Origin: Camelus ferus
Lineage: Eukaryota
Reading direction: 5' to 3'
Length of the DNA stretch: 64,000 nt
Assembly: GCF_009834535.1 (NCBI RefSeq)
Contig: NC_045696.1
Span: forward strand, 77,874,001-77,938,000
Shown here: piece after piece, positions 1-13,879 of the stretch
Layout: each line of letters starts with the position of its first letter
Position numbering within the stretch: position 1 is the stretch's first letter
Position numbers and translations under genes: made by a program
The notes under the pieces: generated by a model
Databases searched by the model: none
Told to the model about the DNA's origin: nothing
Seen by the model: the letters and a program-made list of their open reading frames with translations, nothing else

Positions 1-639
1 TAAATGTTCTTCAAGACACTGGTGGATTAAAGGCCCACATCATAGACCACGGCCGTCTCTGCCAACTGCACAGATTTCCTGAGTTACTTTTAAAAAGCTT
101 TTGGCTAAATAAACTCTGTCTGCAGTCTATGACTACGCATTTGAACAATTTTTATGACTTTGTCTTTTGAGATACATTTGGCGATTGGAAACTTAATACT
201 GAACAGCCTCTTGAAAATTTCAGACTTAAGAAGCCTCCTGTGCAAAGTGAAGAATTCACTGAATATAAAATTATTGTAATTTTAACAGATGCAGAATCTA
301 ATGAATACTTTAACATTCATGTTGAGATTTTCTAGACTTTGGCTAGTGTTGGTTAATATGTGTCCCTTAGATAAGCATATTTTAGTTTCTCTAATTCTTA
401 CTGAAAAGTGAGTAACTTTTTTTTCCCAGCAGTACTTTGTGTTTAGCCTTAGCACTATAATATTAGAAATTCTACATCTCTAAGCTTGAGATGGATCCTT
501 TTGAGGATTTTATTTTTAAGGATTTACACTGAGTACAGACGTACTGAAGTTCATGTACAATCCCACTCCAATCTCAAAAGTGAATACTGTTCTGATTTCT
601 TTCACTATAGATTAATTCTAGGACGTTGTATAAATAGAA

Positions 640-1075
640 TTGTACAAGTGTACTTTTGTGTCTGGCTTCTTCTGCAAATAATATTTTGGGATTCATGCAT
701 GACATTGCATGTGTCAATAGATGGTTCCTTTTTATGGCTATGTATGAGTGAACCAAAATTTGCTATTCTACTCTCCTAATAGACATTTAGGTTGTTTCCT
801 GTTTGGCCTCTTATGAATAAAGTTATCATGAATATACTTGTGCATGTCTTTGTACTTTTCATTTCTCTTGGATAAGTACCTAGACTTGGGGTTGCTGGCT
901 GATATGTGTTTAGAAGAAATTGCCAAACCCATTTTTCCAGAGCTGGTACCATCTCATACTACCACCAGTAAAGTACGGGAATTCCAGTTGCTCCAAAACC
1001 CTGTATATAAGGTGCTGACAGTCTTTCAAATGTTCCCCGTTCTAGCAGGTATATATAAAATTAAAAATATATACA
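640..1075 (-). mobile_element. Old L1 (L1M/L1ME-like) ORF2-end/3' fragment
   Basis: Typical antisense L1 text (gacatttaggttgtttcc...tatgaataaagttatcatgaatatacttgtgcatgtctttg...gaaattgccaaacc), degenerate. Confidence 0.7.
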
Positions 1076-1084
1076 TATCTATCA

Positions 1085-2287
1085 TATTTGCCCATTAAAA
1101 TCTGATTCACCCTTTGGGTGCTCTTTATTTATCCCTGCAGATCATTTCTTTTCAGTGTGAAGAAATTATTTTAACATTTCTGCATGCAAAGGGGTTAGGG
1201 GTTAACTCAGCAGGCCTGGTTCCTCACACCACACATTCCCACAAAGGCCTTTCTTTAGGACTGACCTGTGGCCACTGCAGAGAGAGGAGCTCTGAGCCCT
1301 TGGAATAGTCCACCTGATGAGAGTTTGTATGCCTGAGGGCCTGAGTCATAAACTATTACAGAGTTTATAGTAATGATGCGATTTATGGTAAACTTCATGC
1401 TGAGATTTGATTCCTGATGTGACTCCAGAGATATTTCCATGTCCAGCTGCCAGGGTGCTAAACCATGAGTGGTCTGTTTTACAGCCTAAATGCCAGTTTT
1501 CTTTTGTCTTCTTTTATTTTCGGCTGTCTGAAGTAACCTTTGCTCTGCAGTCCTGTGCCTAGTTTTCTAAAGTTCGGAGATTTCTTTTTGCCCTGCTGCC
1601 CTGTTCTAAACTTCAATAGCTGCTGCCTTGTACCTGCTGCTGACTTGGAGCTCCTGGGATGGGTTTCTCTGTTTACCTCCGCCTCCCTCATCTCCAGCGA
1701 CCACCGCCCTGTACTCTGTAAAATGCTGGGTGACTCCAAGGAATTTTTTCTCAGATACCCTTCCTCGTCCTGAGCCACCGGCAGCTCGTTCTGTGTGCTC
1801 AGTGAAGAGCGGAAGCACTTGGGAGGGATTTCTCTCCGCAAACCTAACCCAGATTTCTGCAGCTGGTTCTTGTACTTGGGGACAACTTACGTGTTTCAGA
1901 GAGATTTCTCGCAGTTAGTCTGCCCTGCCCCCAGCCTCTGCTGTCCTACCTCATGCTCCTAGTGAAGGTCTATGGGGAAGAGTCCATCCCTGAAGTGGCT
2001 GGGATTCTAAATCATCGTGCCATCCCAAGGGGCCTGTTGAACATTCATTACAAGTTTTGCTGGTCTCTTGTTACCCGTGATCCCTCCTCACCTTGTCATT
2101 CTGCCATAAACCCTAGGAAGGGCTTATCACTTCCTCGATTTCAGTTTATTTAGGTTTATTTGCATCTCACTTCTCTAAGAAACTTTTTCAAACTATGCTT
2201 TTGTAACCTGTCCCACTTATTCTTACTGTTAGGGTGGAAGCAATGGTCCCCTGCAACTTTTTACATTTGAAGTGGAAGCAAAAGCTC
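1085..2287 (-). mobile_element. Old L1M 5'-region fragment (GC-richer), interrupted by an LTR fragment
   Basis: Starts with antisense L1-like text and ends ttagggtggaagcaatggtcc...gaagtggaagcaaaagctc, resembling L1MC/L1MD 5' termini. Recognised by eye. Confidence 0.45.
1185..1350 (+). mobile_element. ERVL-class LTR fragment (MER77-like)
   Basis: gggttaactcagcaggcctgg...aggactgacc...gagctctgagcccttggaata...tgtatgcctgagggcc resembles the recalled MER77 5' end. Confidence 0.5.
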
Positions 2288-2339
2288 TGCATGCAAACTT
2301 TGCTTAATTAAAACAGAGCATGTAAGAAAAGTAGTCTCT

Positions 2340-2655
2340 ATCCATTTATTTATTCATTTAAGAAATAATATTGAAGGGTCTCTATGTGCCAGATACTGGA
2401 AATACAGCATTGAATAAAACAGTCCAAATAATCTACTCTCAAGGAGTTTACATTCTGCTGGGGGAAAGAGGTAATAAGCAAAAATGTTAGTTATATAATG
2501 TTACTGATAAGTTATATAATGTTACTGACAAGAAAAATACAGAGCTGTAAAGGAGATTAAAAAATATCAGGAAGATATTTCATATTTTAAATATTGGGGC
2601 CAGGAATTTCTCACTCAGAAGGTGACTTGAAGTAAAGACGTGAAGGAAAAGATAA
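2340..2655 (-). mobile_element. L2 3' end fragment
   Basis: cattt/attcattta start, then ctatgtgccagatactggaaatacagcattgaataaaacag...ctcaaggagtttacattct, the canonical L2 tail in antisense. Confidence 0.75.
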
Positions 2656-3009
2656 TGCTTGAAATCTATGACCCCGTTCAACCAGAAAACTGGACACTGC
2701 AAATGTATCTGTCTATGTCTTAGGAACTACTCTACGATGTGCACTGTATATACACCAACAGTGCAACCCTCTCCTCGTACAATCAGGCAGAGACAATACA
2801 AAGTAAATAGTAAGAGAGATACTACCAAGCTTGACTATCACATTTGCAAATAAGTCTTAAAAACAGAATGTTAGAACACAATGCTGTGAAAGAGTGTTTA
2901 CAAGAAAAGGCACTCCAGTATACTGCTGTGATATTATAAACTAATATTTTTTGACCCAGAAACTTCATATTTTGGAAGTTATTCCATGAATCTGTAAAAT
3001 ACTGCAGAC

Positions 3010-3525
3010 TGCCTACTGCATTACTAGAGACTGAAAAGCTCCTGATAATTTTACAGCTTGCTGAGACCTAGCTGTCGCCATGCACATGCACCTGCGTGGA
3101 GTTAGTAAGGGGAACGTAAGGCAGCACCTGCTGCTTCTGCCATGATAGGAATAGTCACAGAGGTGTGCGCTGGCACTGCATCCCTGGCAGAGGAGGTGTG
3201 ATCCTGGGGCGCAGCATTTCCTGTGCCTATATATATGGCTGAGGCAATGCGGTCCTAAAGCCAGTAACTTTTAGCTCCCTGCGTCTTAGGAGAAATACTG
3301 GACACTAGAGTGAGCAGTTTGGGCAGTAGCTTCTTGATTCCCAAGCTCTCTGCTCATGCAGAGGAAGCAATGCCCTTGGAAGGTCCCTATTATCACACTG
3401 TTCTGGGAGTCATCCCTGGAGGACCTAGAGGTGGCTCTTGAATCCCTGCAAAGACTTTGTAACAACAAATTCCACATCAAAACCTATTTCTGCTTAAAAA
3501 GAATAGCTTCTGTTACTGTAACTGT
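3010..3525 (+). mobile_element. Old ERVL LTR (LTR33/LTR16-like)
   Basis: GC-richer block ending aaattccacatcaaaacctatttctgcttaaaa...gcttctgttactgtaactg, typical of LTR33-family 3' ends. Confidence 0.45.
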
Positions 3526-5699
3526 CTAATGATTGATAAAGCAACTAGCTGGAAAAGGGGAAGAGGTTGGTAAAACTATGTGTATAACAGCATGGTTAAG
3601 AATTTAAAAAAAAACTTAAAGATTATAAAAATGTTCAAAAAAAAGGAACTGGTTAACAAATGGTAATATAGCTACGTAATGAAGTAACATACATTCATTA
3701 ATTAAATTTAATTTGAAAATTCAAACCTATAGAAAAGTTGTTAAGTACATTATGATGAATTCCCCTACACTTAACTTTCATCTATATTCACTCATGTTCC
3801 AATGATATTACTATATATATTTGAAATGTAAGCTATTTATAATATATTGAGAGAAAAGTGCAGACAGTTTCCTTTTGGTATTAATTTAGCTACATGCATT
3901 ACACAAAGAAAAAATATTCTCAGTGGCTTTCTTGGGATAGCAAAATTATAGATGATTAATTATGGCTTTATTTTTGCCATGTAGAGTTGATAATTTTTCC
4001 ACAAATAACACAATAAACTCATAAAAGGAGCTACATTAGATCTTGGAATCCTCTGTAATGTACATAGTTCTTTTTATCAAATTCAATTTCTAGGATAAAG
4101 TGAAAATGCCAACCACCCTCGTGCATCTTTCCCAAGCAAGAGCACATCACTTCCTTTGAGACTGTGCAGTAACTTATTAAGTTCTTAACCTATAATGATA
4201 TACTGAATATTACCTGAAATTTGCTTAATATTTTGGATGATACTCTATATACGGCTAGAAAAATGTCCTTTTATTTCAAAGCTGACTGAACTTCATGTAA
4301 AACATAATTTGTAAATTAATACCCTTCATTCAATTTGAGATTTTCTAACTAAATAATTCTGGATTACTTGAGAAAAAAGAGTGCTGTGGACAAGGGTACC
4401 AGTTTTGAAGCTGTGATTCTAAAAATAGCTTATCTTTATAATCTTCTCTAGATTCAGGTCTATTTTAATTTTATATCTAGGCTACTGCCACCTTTAATTC
4501 TTTTTGTAGTTACTACTGACTGCCACAGATAAATGACTTGGAGCTGCTTCAGGAAGAGATGGTTATCACAGGAGAATAGCTAGTTACCCACCATGTTTAT
4601 GTAGTTACACAGCCGCAGAAAATAGCTGTCAACATCAACACTGGACTTAAAATTGTCATGGTCTCTTATATTCCCCAACTGTTATTATATGTGGCTTATA
4701 GACTTAGAGCCAGAATTTGTAAGGGCACGACAGAGGTAAGTTAACAACAAACATGAAAGCTACAACCTAGAGAACAGTAGAGCCTAGGAAACCTAACTGC
4801 AGATTCTCTGATACATTATGAAGCTAAACAAACAAACAAACACAAAAATAATTAAAGTATGAATTCACAAGTGAATTACTACATAAACAAAAGCTTACTG
4901 GAACAACCACCCAAAGAAATACTTGATCCTCCTTCACAACATCTGCAGTGTTTGAGACCTTAAGGTAATTTATCCTATTTAAGAATTCTTCCTTGGGCTG
5001 TAACTGAAATGATTTTTCTACTCCTTGGAGACATACAGAAAATTACGATCATGGCCCTCAAGAGGACTGTTGTTTCAGGGTTAAAACAGCTTAATTTCTT
5101 CTACTGTTCAATTTTTTTTTTATCACTCTAGTCTTAAAATTATAACTTTGCAACTAAAAAATATAGTTACCAGTAGTAACTGTGGAGAGATTAGTGTCAA
5201 ATTATAAGATACTTAAGGCTATACATTTGCAGGTGAAATTCCAGATCAAAGGGAAAGAATAATCAGTGCCTTCAAGTCTTATCAGCACTGTATATAGAGG
5301 TGCGTTTCTGAAAAACTGTATGCAAATGGTAGATCTTGCCATTTGAAGATATCCGCTTTCAAAGTGAAGAGATTGAACACTTATTTAAGTTTCTGTAAAA
5401 ATTCCAACTTTTAGGTGCATATAGGGTTTGCTTAAAGCAGCATCTGTGGACACTTCACAAGACGCTTGTAGAAAAAAAGTTCCAGAATAAAACAAGTTTG
5501 GGAAAAGCTGTAGATACCTTTTATAACACACACAGGAAAATACCAGTGTAAGCAAAGTTGATTCACATAACACATGCATATTTAACCATTTATTTAACAT
5601 TATTATTATATCAACTTCCTTTTGTTTCAGAGAGCCAATTTTTTTTAGTCAAAACATTTGTTACATTACCAAGAGCGTATTTAGATTTTTAATTTTAGA

Positions 5700-7665
5700 T
5701 TTTTTCTTGCAAATTTTTAAATTATACAGATTTAAAATGCACAAATTGATGATGTGATGTGTATACACACACACACACAAACACACACTCATTGTAGAAT
5801 GATTACCAAGATCAAGATAATTAACACATCCATCATCTTACATAGTTAATATAGGTAACTTTGGTGTGTGTGTGGCAAGAACGTTTAAGAACTACCCTCA
5901 AAAACTTTTAAGTATGCAACATTATATTGTTAACTAGGATCTAACTGTATATTAGATCCTCAGAACTTATTCTTCTTTTAACTGAAAATGTATGCTTATA
6001 TCACTCCATTTCCCACTCCCCCTAGACCTTGACAACCATGATTTTATTGTTTTTATGAAATTTTGAAAAGATTTCTCACATAAATGATATCAAAAATATT
6101 TTTCTTACTCTTTCTGGCTTTTAATTCCCTCCAGATGGATCCATGTTGTTTCAAATGGCAGAATTTCTTTTTAATGGCTGGATAATATTCCATTAAATAT
6201 CTATGTATATATGTATATATAACATTTTTTTCATCCATTTATCTGTTGGTGGACACTGAAGTTATTTCCATATGTTGTTTATTGTGAACAATGCTTATGA
6301 ATCTGGGTGTGTGGATACCTCTTGGAGATACTGATTTCATTTATTGGATATAAACCCAGGAATGGGATAGGAATGGGATCACTAGATCATATGGTAGTTC
6401 AGATTTTAATTTTTTGAGGAACTGCCTTACTGTTTTCCATAATGGCTACACAATTTTACATTCTAACAACAGTGTTTAAGTTTCCCATTCCTCCACCCCC
6501 TCAACAATGTTTGCTGTCTTGTCTTTTTTATAATAGCCATCCTAACAAGTGTGAGGAGATCTCTCATTGTGGTTTCCATTTGCATTTCCCTGATGATTAG
6601 TGATGCTGAGCCCCTTTTCATGTATCTATTGGCCATTCGTATGGTTTCTTTGGAAAAAAATGTCTATCCAGGTCCCCTGCCCATGTTTAATTGGATTATT
6701 CATTCCTTTGCTCTTGAGTTTTATGGATTTTTTTAAAATATATTTTGGGTCTTTGTTCCTTATCAGGGATGTGGTTTACAAATAATTTCTTTCATTTCTC
6801 TAGATTGCTTTCCAATGGACATTGTTTCCTTTGTTCTGCAGAGGCTCTTTAATGTGATTTCACTTGCTCTTTTTTTCTTTTTTTTTTTTTTTTTTTTTGC
6901 CTATGCTTTTGATGGCTTATCCAAGAAATTACTGCCAAGATCAGTGTCAAGGATCTTTTTACCTATGTTTTCTTCTAGGGGTTTTATAGTGTCAGGTCTT
7001 ACATTTAGCTCGTTGATCCATTTAAAATTGATTTTTATGAGTGGTATAAGATAGGAGTCCAGCTCTACTTTTTTGCATTTGCATATCCAATTTTCTTAAT
7101 GGTGTTTACTGAAGAGACTTTTATTTCCCCATTTTACATTTTTGGCACCCTTGTCAAAAATTAAACATATATATACATATATGCATGGGCTTATGAATGG
7201 ATTCTATTCTGTTCTACTGGTCTACAGACCTGTATTTATGCCAGTATCATGAGGTTTTGATCACTATACCTGTACAAGATAGCTTGCAGTCAGGCAGTGT
7301 GATGCCTCTAGGCTTGTTCTTCTTTCTTAGGATGACTGGCTATTCGGGGTAGTTTCTGGTCCATACAAATGTAGGATATTTTTCTCTTTCTGTGAAAAAT
7401 GCTACGTGAATTTTGATAGACATTGTGCTAAGTCTGTTGATCATTCTGAGTAGCATGGACATTTTGAATTCTTCCAGTCCAAGAACACAGAATATCTTTC
7501 CACTTAGCTGTGTTTTCTTCCATCCTTTTTCACTGAGATCTTACAGTTTTCAGCATGCAAGTCTTTCATCTCTGGTTAAATTTATTTCTAAGTATTTTAT
7601 TGATGTTACTATGAATTTTTAAAATTTCTCTTTCAGATAATTTATTGTTAGCATATACAAACAAA
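5700..7665 (-). mobile_element. L1 (L1MA8/9-like) 3' ~2 kb, 5'-truncated
   Basis: 3'UTR text (gaatgattaccaagatcaagataattaacacatccatc) followed by antisense ORF2 remnants. Explains ORFs 6053-7622. Confidence 0.88.
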
Positions 7666-7779
7666 TTACTTTGTTAAAGAACTAAGCGAAACAGTCAAAT
7701 CCAAAGTGGTAACAATATTTTGTTGATAACATACAAAATTGCTTGATTAAGAAACCACTTAAAAAAGAGAAACAACAAG

Positions 7780-8265
7780 CTGGGGTATGAAAACAACCTA
7801 AGGATCCACCAGTGGATGAATGGATAAAGAAGTGGTGTGTGTGTGGGTGTGTGTGTGTGTGGGTGTGTATATGCAATGGAATACTACTCAGCCATTAAAT
7901 TAATATAATCCTGCTGTTTCTAACAACATGGATGAAACAAGTTCTTATACTAAGTGAAATAAGACAGAGAAACACAAATACCATATGACTTCACTCATAG
8001 GTTGAATCTAAAAGAACAAAAGAAATGAACAAACGAAATAAAATAAAAACCTAAAGATATGGAGATTAGATTAGTGGTTACCAGAGGGGAAGGAGGTTGG
8101 TGGCTAGGAGAAATGAGTAAAGGGGTAAACTGCATGGTGATGGATGGTAATTAGAACTGCCGTGGTGATCACTCTGTGGTGCACACAGATGTTGAGTTAT
8201 AATGCTGCACATGTGTGTGAAACTGACATAATGGAGAGAAAGAGAAACAACAAACAAAACAGAAA
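7780..8265 (+). mobile_element. L1 3' end (different 3'UTR subfamily), 5'-truncated, with internal (TG)n
   Basis: ORF2 C-terminus (atggaatactactcagcc), then 3'UTR gtggttaccagaggggaagg...atggtgatggatggtaattaga, and an A-rich tail. Confidence 0.85.
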
Positions 8266-9502
8266 AGCCTTAACTTACACAATTTATCAAAGGTAAGCAC
8301 ATGCCAACAGATAAGAAAAAATTGTTCCATTACTTATGCTTAATGAGGTGGTTCCTTTTTTTTAAAAAAGCATAAACGTTGTCTGTTTACATTAATTTCA
8401 TTACTCATAAAACCCTCATAAAATGCCATGTGTCATACTAGCAAAGCATTACTATTGTGGTTGCTAAATACATGATTAACTGGTGACAGAAGTGGAAGGT
8501 TTTTAATGAAAACATATCAAATATCAGATGGGAAAAGTAACAATTCATACGAGTAAGTTTTATTTTTTTAAATGGTAAAGTGTATTGTACTGTACTGATG
8601 ACGCTGTGTAGGTGGAACAATTTTATCTGACTTGCCAACAATGATGATTTGCTAATACCTCTCCTGAGTAAATGAGGTCCATTCTTTTGAGTCCTGTAGA
8701 GGTCTGATGCCCAACAAAAGTCACAGACAAAAAGTCAGCTAAAACCATTTTAAGAATGTGACATTAATGGTGACTGCATGAATGTGTTCAATCTAAATTT
8801 GTTACTATCGCAAATTGTTTGCACTGCTCTTTGGCTATACTGCCCACATATTTAACCCAACTGCTTTCTGAAATTCAGGGTTTTAGCCAGGATCTCACTA
8901 AGACTCCCTTGCTATCTAGATTTAAATAAAAAGGGATTTGCAAATTGTCAGCATATACTGAACAGAAAACCTTGTAAAACAGTAATAAACTGGAGGGATT
9001 GCTTGGTTTTAACACAAAGTAAAGCCTTGTAAACCTAGGAGACAGATAAACCTGCCAATAGAATCACAATTTTTAATGTGAAACTTTACTGAAGTGGTAA
9101 ATTAGTCTAAGAAAGGGCTTTAAATCAGTTTATTAGTCTTTATGGTCACTTAAGTTGACTACTTGTAGTAGGAGTAGTAGAAAGGAAGATAAATTAAGTA
9201 GAATCCCCTGAAAAGAGTTGGAATTCATAGTGAACAAGAGTGCAAACAGTCTCTCCTTAAAAAACAAAAGATGAAAACAAATAAACAAAAACTATGCCAT
9301 ATATCAGAAAAGACAAGTCAGTATAAGAATATCAGTCAATTGTACTTTTATATTTTAAAGCAAGCATAACAGAAATTAAGCTTTGTTTCAGTAATCTGCA
9401 TTGAAATGATCAACAATGGAGAGAGAAAAAAAGAAAAGGCAGCTGTTTTAATTCTACTGCTATATCTTCTGTGCTCTAATACTCTCTGCATTTGGGTCAG
9501 TA

Positions 9503-9823
9503 ATATGGATCAAATTATGTCCTCCCCAAATTCAGAGGCAGAAACCTAACCACCAATGTGACTGTATTTGGAGGGAAAACCTTTAAGAAGGTAATTCAGG
9601 TTAAATGAGATCATAATTTTGAATCCAATAGGACTACGTTTTATAAAAAGAGAGACACCAGAATGGGTGTGCACAGAGGACAAGGCCACGTGGACACAGT
9701 GAGAAGGTGGCGGTCGGCCACCTTAGCTTGGATCCCCAGCCCCCAGAACTGTGAGAAAATAAACTTCTGTTCTTTAAGGCCCCCAGCCTGTGGGATTTTT
9801 GTTATGGCTGCTCTAGCAAACTA
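9503..9823 (+). mobile_element. MaLR solo LTR (MLT1A/B-like)
   Basis: aattatgtcctccccaaattc...aatgtgactgtatttggag...ccagaactgtgagaaaataaacttctgttctttaagg...tttgttatggctgctctagcaaacta. Confidence 0.88.
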
Positions 9824-11356
9824 GGGCTTTGTTTTTTTCTTTTTAATTCTAGAGTGTCTGCATATAGTCAAGATAAACATCGTTCATTAATAATTAGGTT
9901 ATTTGAAAGTCAGGCTTCAAGAACTGAACCAATCTGCTTCTGGGGCTAAAGTATCTCCCATGTTCTGTTTTTACAACCTACAGAATAGAGGCATGGTCAG
10001 GCAGAACACAAACCAGGACCACAGCAGTCAGTAATGACTGCACAAGTGCCATGGCAACTTAGCTGTGACAGTCCAGTGCCCTGCAACACAAGAGGAAATG
10101 ACTAGAAGTACAACTTTGTTCTTAATTTGAGCAAGGAAACAGAAACGGACACCACTTTGTATGATTTGAAAAGAAGCACTGGTAGTTACATAAAAGAGGA
10201 GTTTGGGTACATGATCAAAGTATTCACATTTAAAGACAGATGGTTAAATTTCTTCAAGAGTCTAAGTACAGTCAAACGTTTTGCCACTGTTATTTAATGC
10301 ACGATTATGAATTAAACCAATCACATTACCTCCTTCCTTTAAATTCTGGTATACAAATATCATATTCATCCCTATATTTTATCTAGTTATTCATGTCTTA
10401 GGTTCATGGTAAAATCATAAACTCCTGAGCAAAGGAGCATTTCATCTGCTTATCATGTGCCCTATACACCTAAAGCAATGTCAAACAAGATGGGTTTTTT
10501 TTTTTTTTTTAATAAATACTTAATCACATACTAGAACTCTGCAACAGACTGGGAATATTCACAACAAAGTCATACTGTAGTCTCTTTCTGGGCTCAATGC
10601 AATAATGAATGTAGTTGAATTGAAATATATGTACTATATTTTGGGTGAGCAGTTCTGGGTATATAAAAAAACAAAATATTTTTAAAAACACCCTATAAAA
10701 CAAATATATCTTTGTCACTTTTTCAGACTTAAAAAAAAAACTGTCTATCCTGTGGACAGTTTTACAATATTGATGTAATTGTGTGGTTTTGATCAGGTTT
10801 GCCAGCTTCTGGCAGATGCTTCAAAAGCAACATTTAAGCAGAAGATAGCTAGATTGACTACTTTCATATGTACGAATGCTTCAGGCTTTCCCAAAATAAC
10901 CGCTTAGAAATTTCATCACTCTTTACTTGAGAGTTACAGAGCTCTGACTAATATATGGATGATCAAATTCTATTTTTCTAAAGGCAAAATCAATACCTTC
11001 TGTGATCTATGAAAGATGATTTCAAAAAATAAAGGTGAAACAGCAAGATATAGAGAGAAATGTGTGTGTTTGTGTTGCATTCTAATGTTTAAAACTATTA
11101 TTTGAAAAGAAATCTTACTTTATCTTTAATTTTACAATCTATTTTTCATGAAGGCAATTGTGTTTCATTAATAAGGCACTGACCTTGTATCCTTTACTAT
11201 GTATTTAAGAGGTCAATGGAAATTGAGTTGAGGAAAGAGCTCTCTTCCAAGCAGCTATCTTACAAAGGATTTTTAATTTCCTCCTCATTCAGGGGATCTG
11301 GGTATTCCACTCCACTCATCTCTACGGAACATCCTATAGTCCCCAGAGAATGAAAA

Positions 11357-11360
<4 letters not shown>

Positions 11361-11390
<30 letters not shown>
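11361..11390. repeat. (AC)15 microsatellite
   Basis: Direct read. Confidence 0.97.
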
Positions 11391-11397
<7 letters not shown>

Positions 11398-11624
11398 ATA
11401 AGCACTCAATGGTTGTGAAAAAGAGAATGGATTATAAAGGTTTATAATGTTCCTTAAACATCAACACTAGATTAAATTAAATTTACCATGTTCTGTGTTA
11501 TAAGATACTGGAACAATAAATGCTATTTAGAAGAGTTCCATAAGAAAGATTAATAAAAATTAATAAAGTGATGAATAGGAGAGTGGAAAGTCAAGCCAGA
11601 GGCTAGTAGAAGAATTCACAATAC

Positions 11625-12065
11625 ACAATCAACAGAAGAATTATATCAAGAATATATAAAGAACTCTTACAAATGGATATGAAAAAGAGTATGTGAAAAG
11701 GTGTTCAACATTAATCATCAAGAGAAATTAAAATTAAAACCCAAAAATATACCACCATACATCAATGAGAATGATAATGCAAAATGTTGGTGATCACATG
11801 GAGCAACTGGGACATTCATACATACTTCTGGTGGTAGTGAAACTGGTATAAGTACTTTGGAAAAACTCTTGGGCAGCATCTACTGAAGTTAAACATGTGC
11901 CTACCTTGTGACCTAGCAATTCCACTGCTAGATAAATATCAAAGACAAATGAGTGTACACATTCTACCAAAACAAAAGAATAATCCTAACAACTAACTCA
12001 TTATAGCTGAAAAGTGGAAAGAATTATCCAAATCCAAATGACCATGAACCACAAAGTAAAAACTA
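11625..12065 (+). mobile_element. Old L1 (L1ME-like) ORF2-end fragment
   Basis: agaatatataaagaactcttacaaat...tgttggtgatcacatggagcaactgg...tgacctagcaattccactgctag. Confidence 0.75.
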
Positions 12066-12109
12066 GGAGATTCATATCTGAATCTCTTACATTACCATGT
12101 AGATGAGAG

Positions 12110-12768
12110 TTTTTTTAAATTGAAGTATGGTTATTTACAACGTTGTGTTAGTTTCTGCTGTACAGCATAGTGATTCAGTTATACATATATATTTATTTTT
12201 TATATTCTTTTTTATTATAGGTTATTACAAGCTATTCAATATAGTCCCCTGTGCTATAACAATAGTACCTTGCTGTTTATCTGCTTTATATATAGTAGTT
12301 TGTATCTGATAATCCCAAACTCCTAATTTATCACCCCTCCTTTCCCCTTTGGTAACCATAAGTTTGTTTTCTATGTCTGCCAGTCTGTTATTGTTTTGTA
12401 AATAAGTTCATTTGTGTCATTTTTTTCGATTGCACATTTAAATGACATCATATAATAATTTGTCTTTCTCTGTCTGATTTACTTTATTTAGTATGATACT
12501 CTCTAGGTCCATCCGTGTTGCTGCAAATGGCATTGTTTCATTTTTTATGGCTGAGTAGTATTCCAATTGTAATATATACCACAATTTCTTTATCCAATCA
12601 TTTGCTGATGGACATTTAGGTTCCTTCCATGTCTTGGATGTTGTAAATAGTGCTGCTTTGAACACTGAGGTGCATGTCTCTTTTCAAATTAGAGTTTTCT
12701 CTGGATATATGCCCAGGAGTGGGATGGCTGAATCACATGGTAACTCTTTTTTAATTTTTTAAGGAACA
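12110..12768 (-). mobile_element. Cetartiodactyl/camelid-type L1 3' end, ~650 bp
   Basis: ORF 12438..12665 encodes the L1 ORF2 C-terminus (WIKKLWYI..EYYSAIKN). Flanked by an imperfect TSD agatgagagttttttt / agatgatattttttt. Confidence 0.9.
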
Positions 12769-13108
12769 GATGATATTTTTTTAAACTAAAAAGTTGATTT
12801 GTGAATATTTTACTAGATTTTGTCAAAAATACTTTGTTTTATACACTTGACATATTTTTGATACCTGTAATGTACATTTTAGCATGACTATTATAACACT
12901 TAAAAATTATTTCCCTGTATTTTTCAGAGTAAAATAAAATATGAAGTAAAATATCAATATGAAATTAATATTTTTACAAAGGAGTTAATTTATAATTTAA
13001 AATATATATAATTTTATAATTTAAAATGGGGAGTTTTAAAGAAATGTTAATATTAATTTTATAGTTTTTTGAATTGAGTTTTTTAATTCTAAAAATTATA
13101 AGCTAATT

Positions 13109-13220
13109 AAAAAATTTTTTGTTGAAGTAAGTCAGTTTACAATGTCTCTATTTCTAGTGCACAGCATAATGTTTCAGTTATACATATACATATATATTCC
13201 TTTTCATATTCTTTTTTATT
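13109..13220 (-). mobile_element. Very short L1 3' tail with 13-bp TSD
   Basis: TTATAAGCTAATT is duplicated at 13096-13108 and 13221-13233. The insert is the reverse complement of the L1 3' terminus seen at ~30050-30150. Confidence 0.85.
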
Positions 13221-13879
13221 TTATAAGCTAATTTTAAGTGAATTAATTATTTTTATTTTTGTAAAAATATTTGTAGCACAAAGGAAATAGAAAAGTATGT
13301 TCAAAATAGTAATAGAACTACTAGCTAAAAACGTCAATATAAAAGCCTTGGTTATTGCCCCTTATTACCACTCAATGGGTAAGTCATTGGTAGATTATTG
13401 GTACTTTCCAAAGAAAAAATATTAGTTATCAGTGTTGTAACTTACAAAAATTAAGGATTTTTGAGGCTATTTTTTCAAGTTATAATAAAAATTTCCAAAT
13501 AAACCCAAAGAAGAGAGTGCAGTACAATGAATGCTCAAGTTCCTATTACCCGTAAATAGCTTTTCACTGTTCTTCAGACAATTTTTTTAAAGTCAATCTT
13601 TCATGAATTCCAAGAAAAACCCATAATCACTGGCAGTGGATTTAGTTTAATTAAACATTTCTGAATCTTCAAAAGTTTTCACCTTTTCCCACTTAGGATG
13701 ATTTAGTTCAAACTTGGGGACCAATCTCAGGGAAGTGACTTATTTTCTTAAAGTCAACAGTTTAATTTGTCTTCATTTCAAAACCAAAGTTAGAGCATCG
13801 AACCAGAGGGAGAGCTCCAAAGGTATTGCACTCATCCTGGTCATGACTGACTGTTCCCTTAGTGGTCTACAGGATGCTG

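Noticed and set aside
1479..1918. Overlapping 70-120 aa ORFs
   Set aside because: They lie in a GC-richer old repeat remnant, with no recognisable protein similarity or supporting splice structure.
2489..2528. Short two-copy tandem duplications (here 21-bp period; also ~6358, ~39723, ~45036)
   Set aside because: These are ordinary slippage duplications, mostly inside old repeats, with no spacer structure or sign of function.
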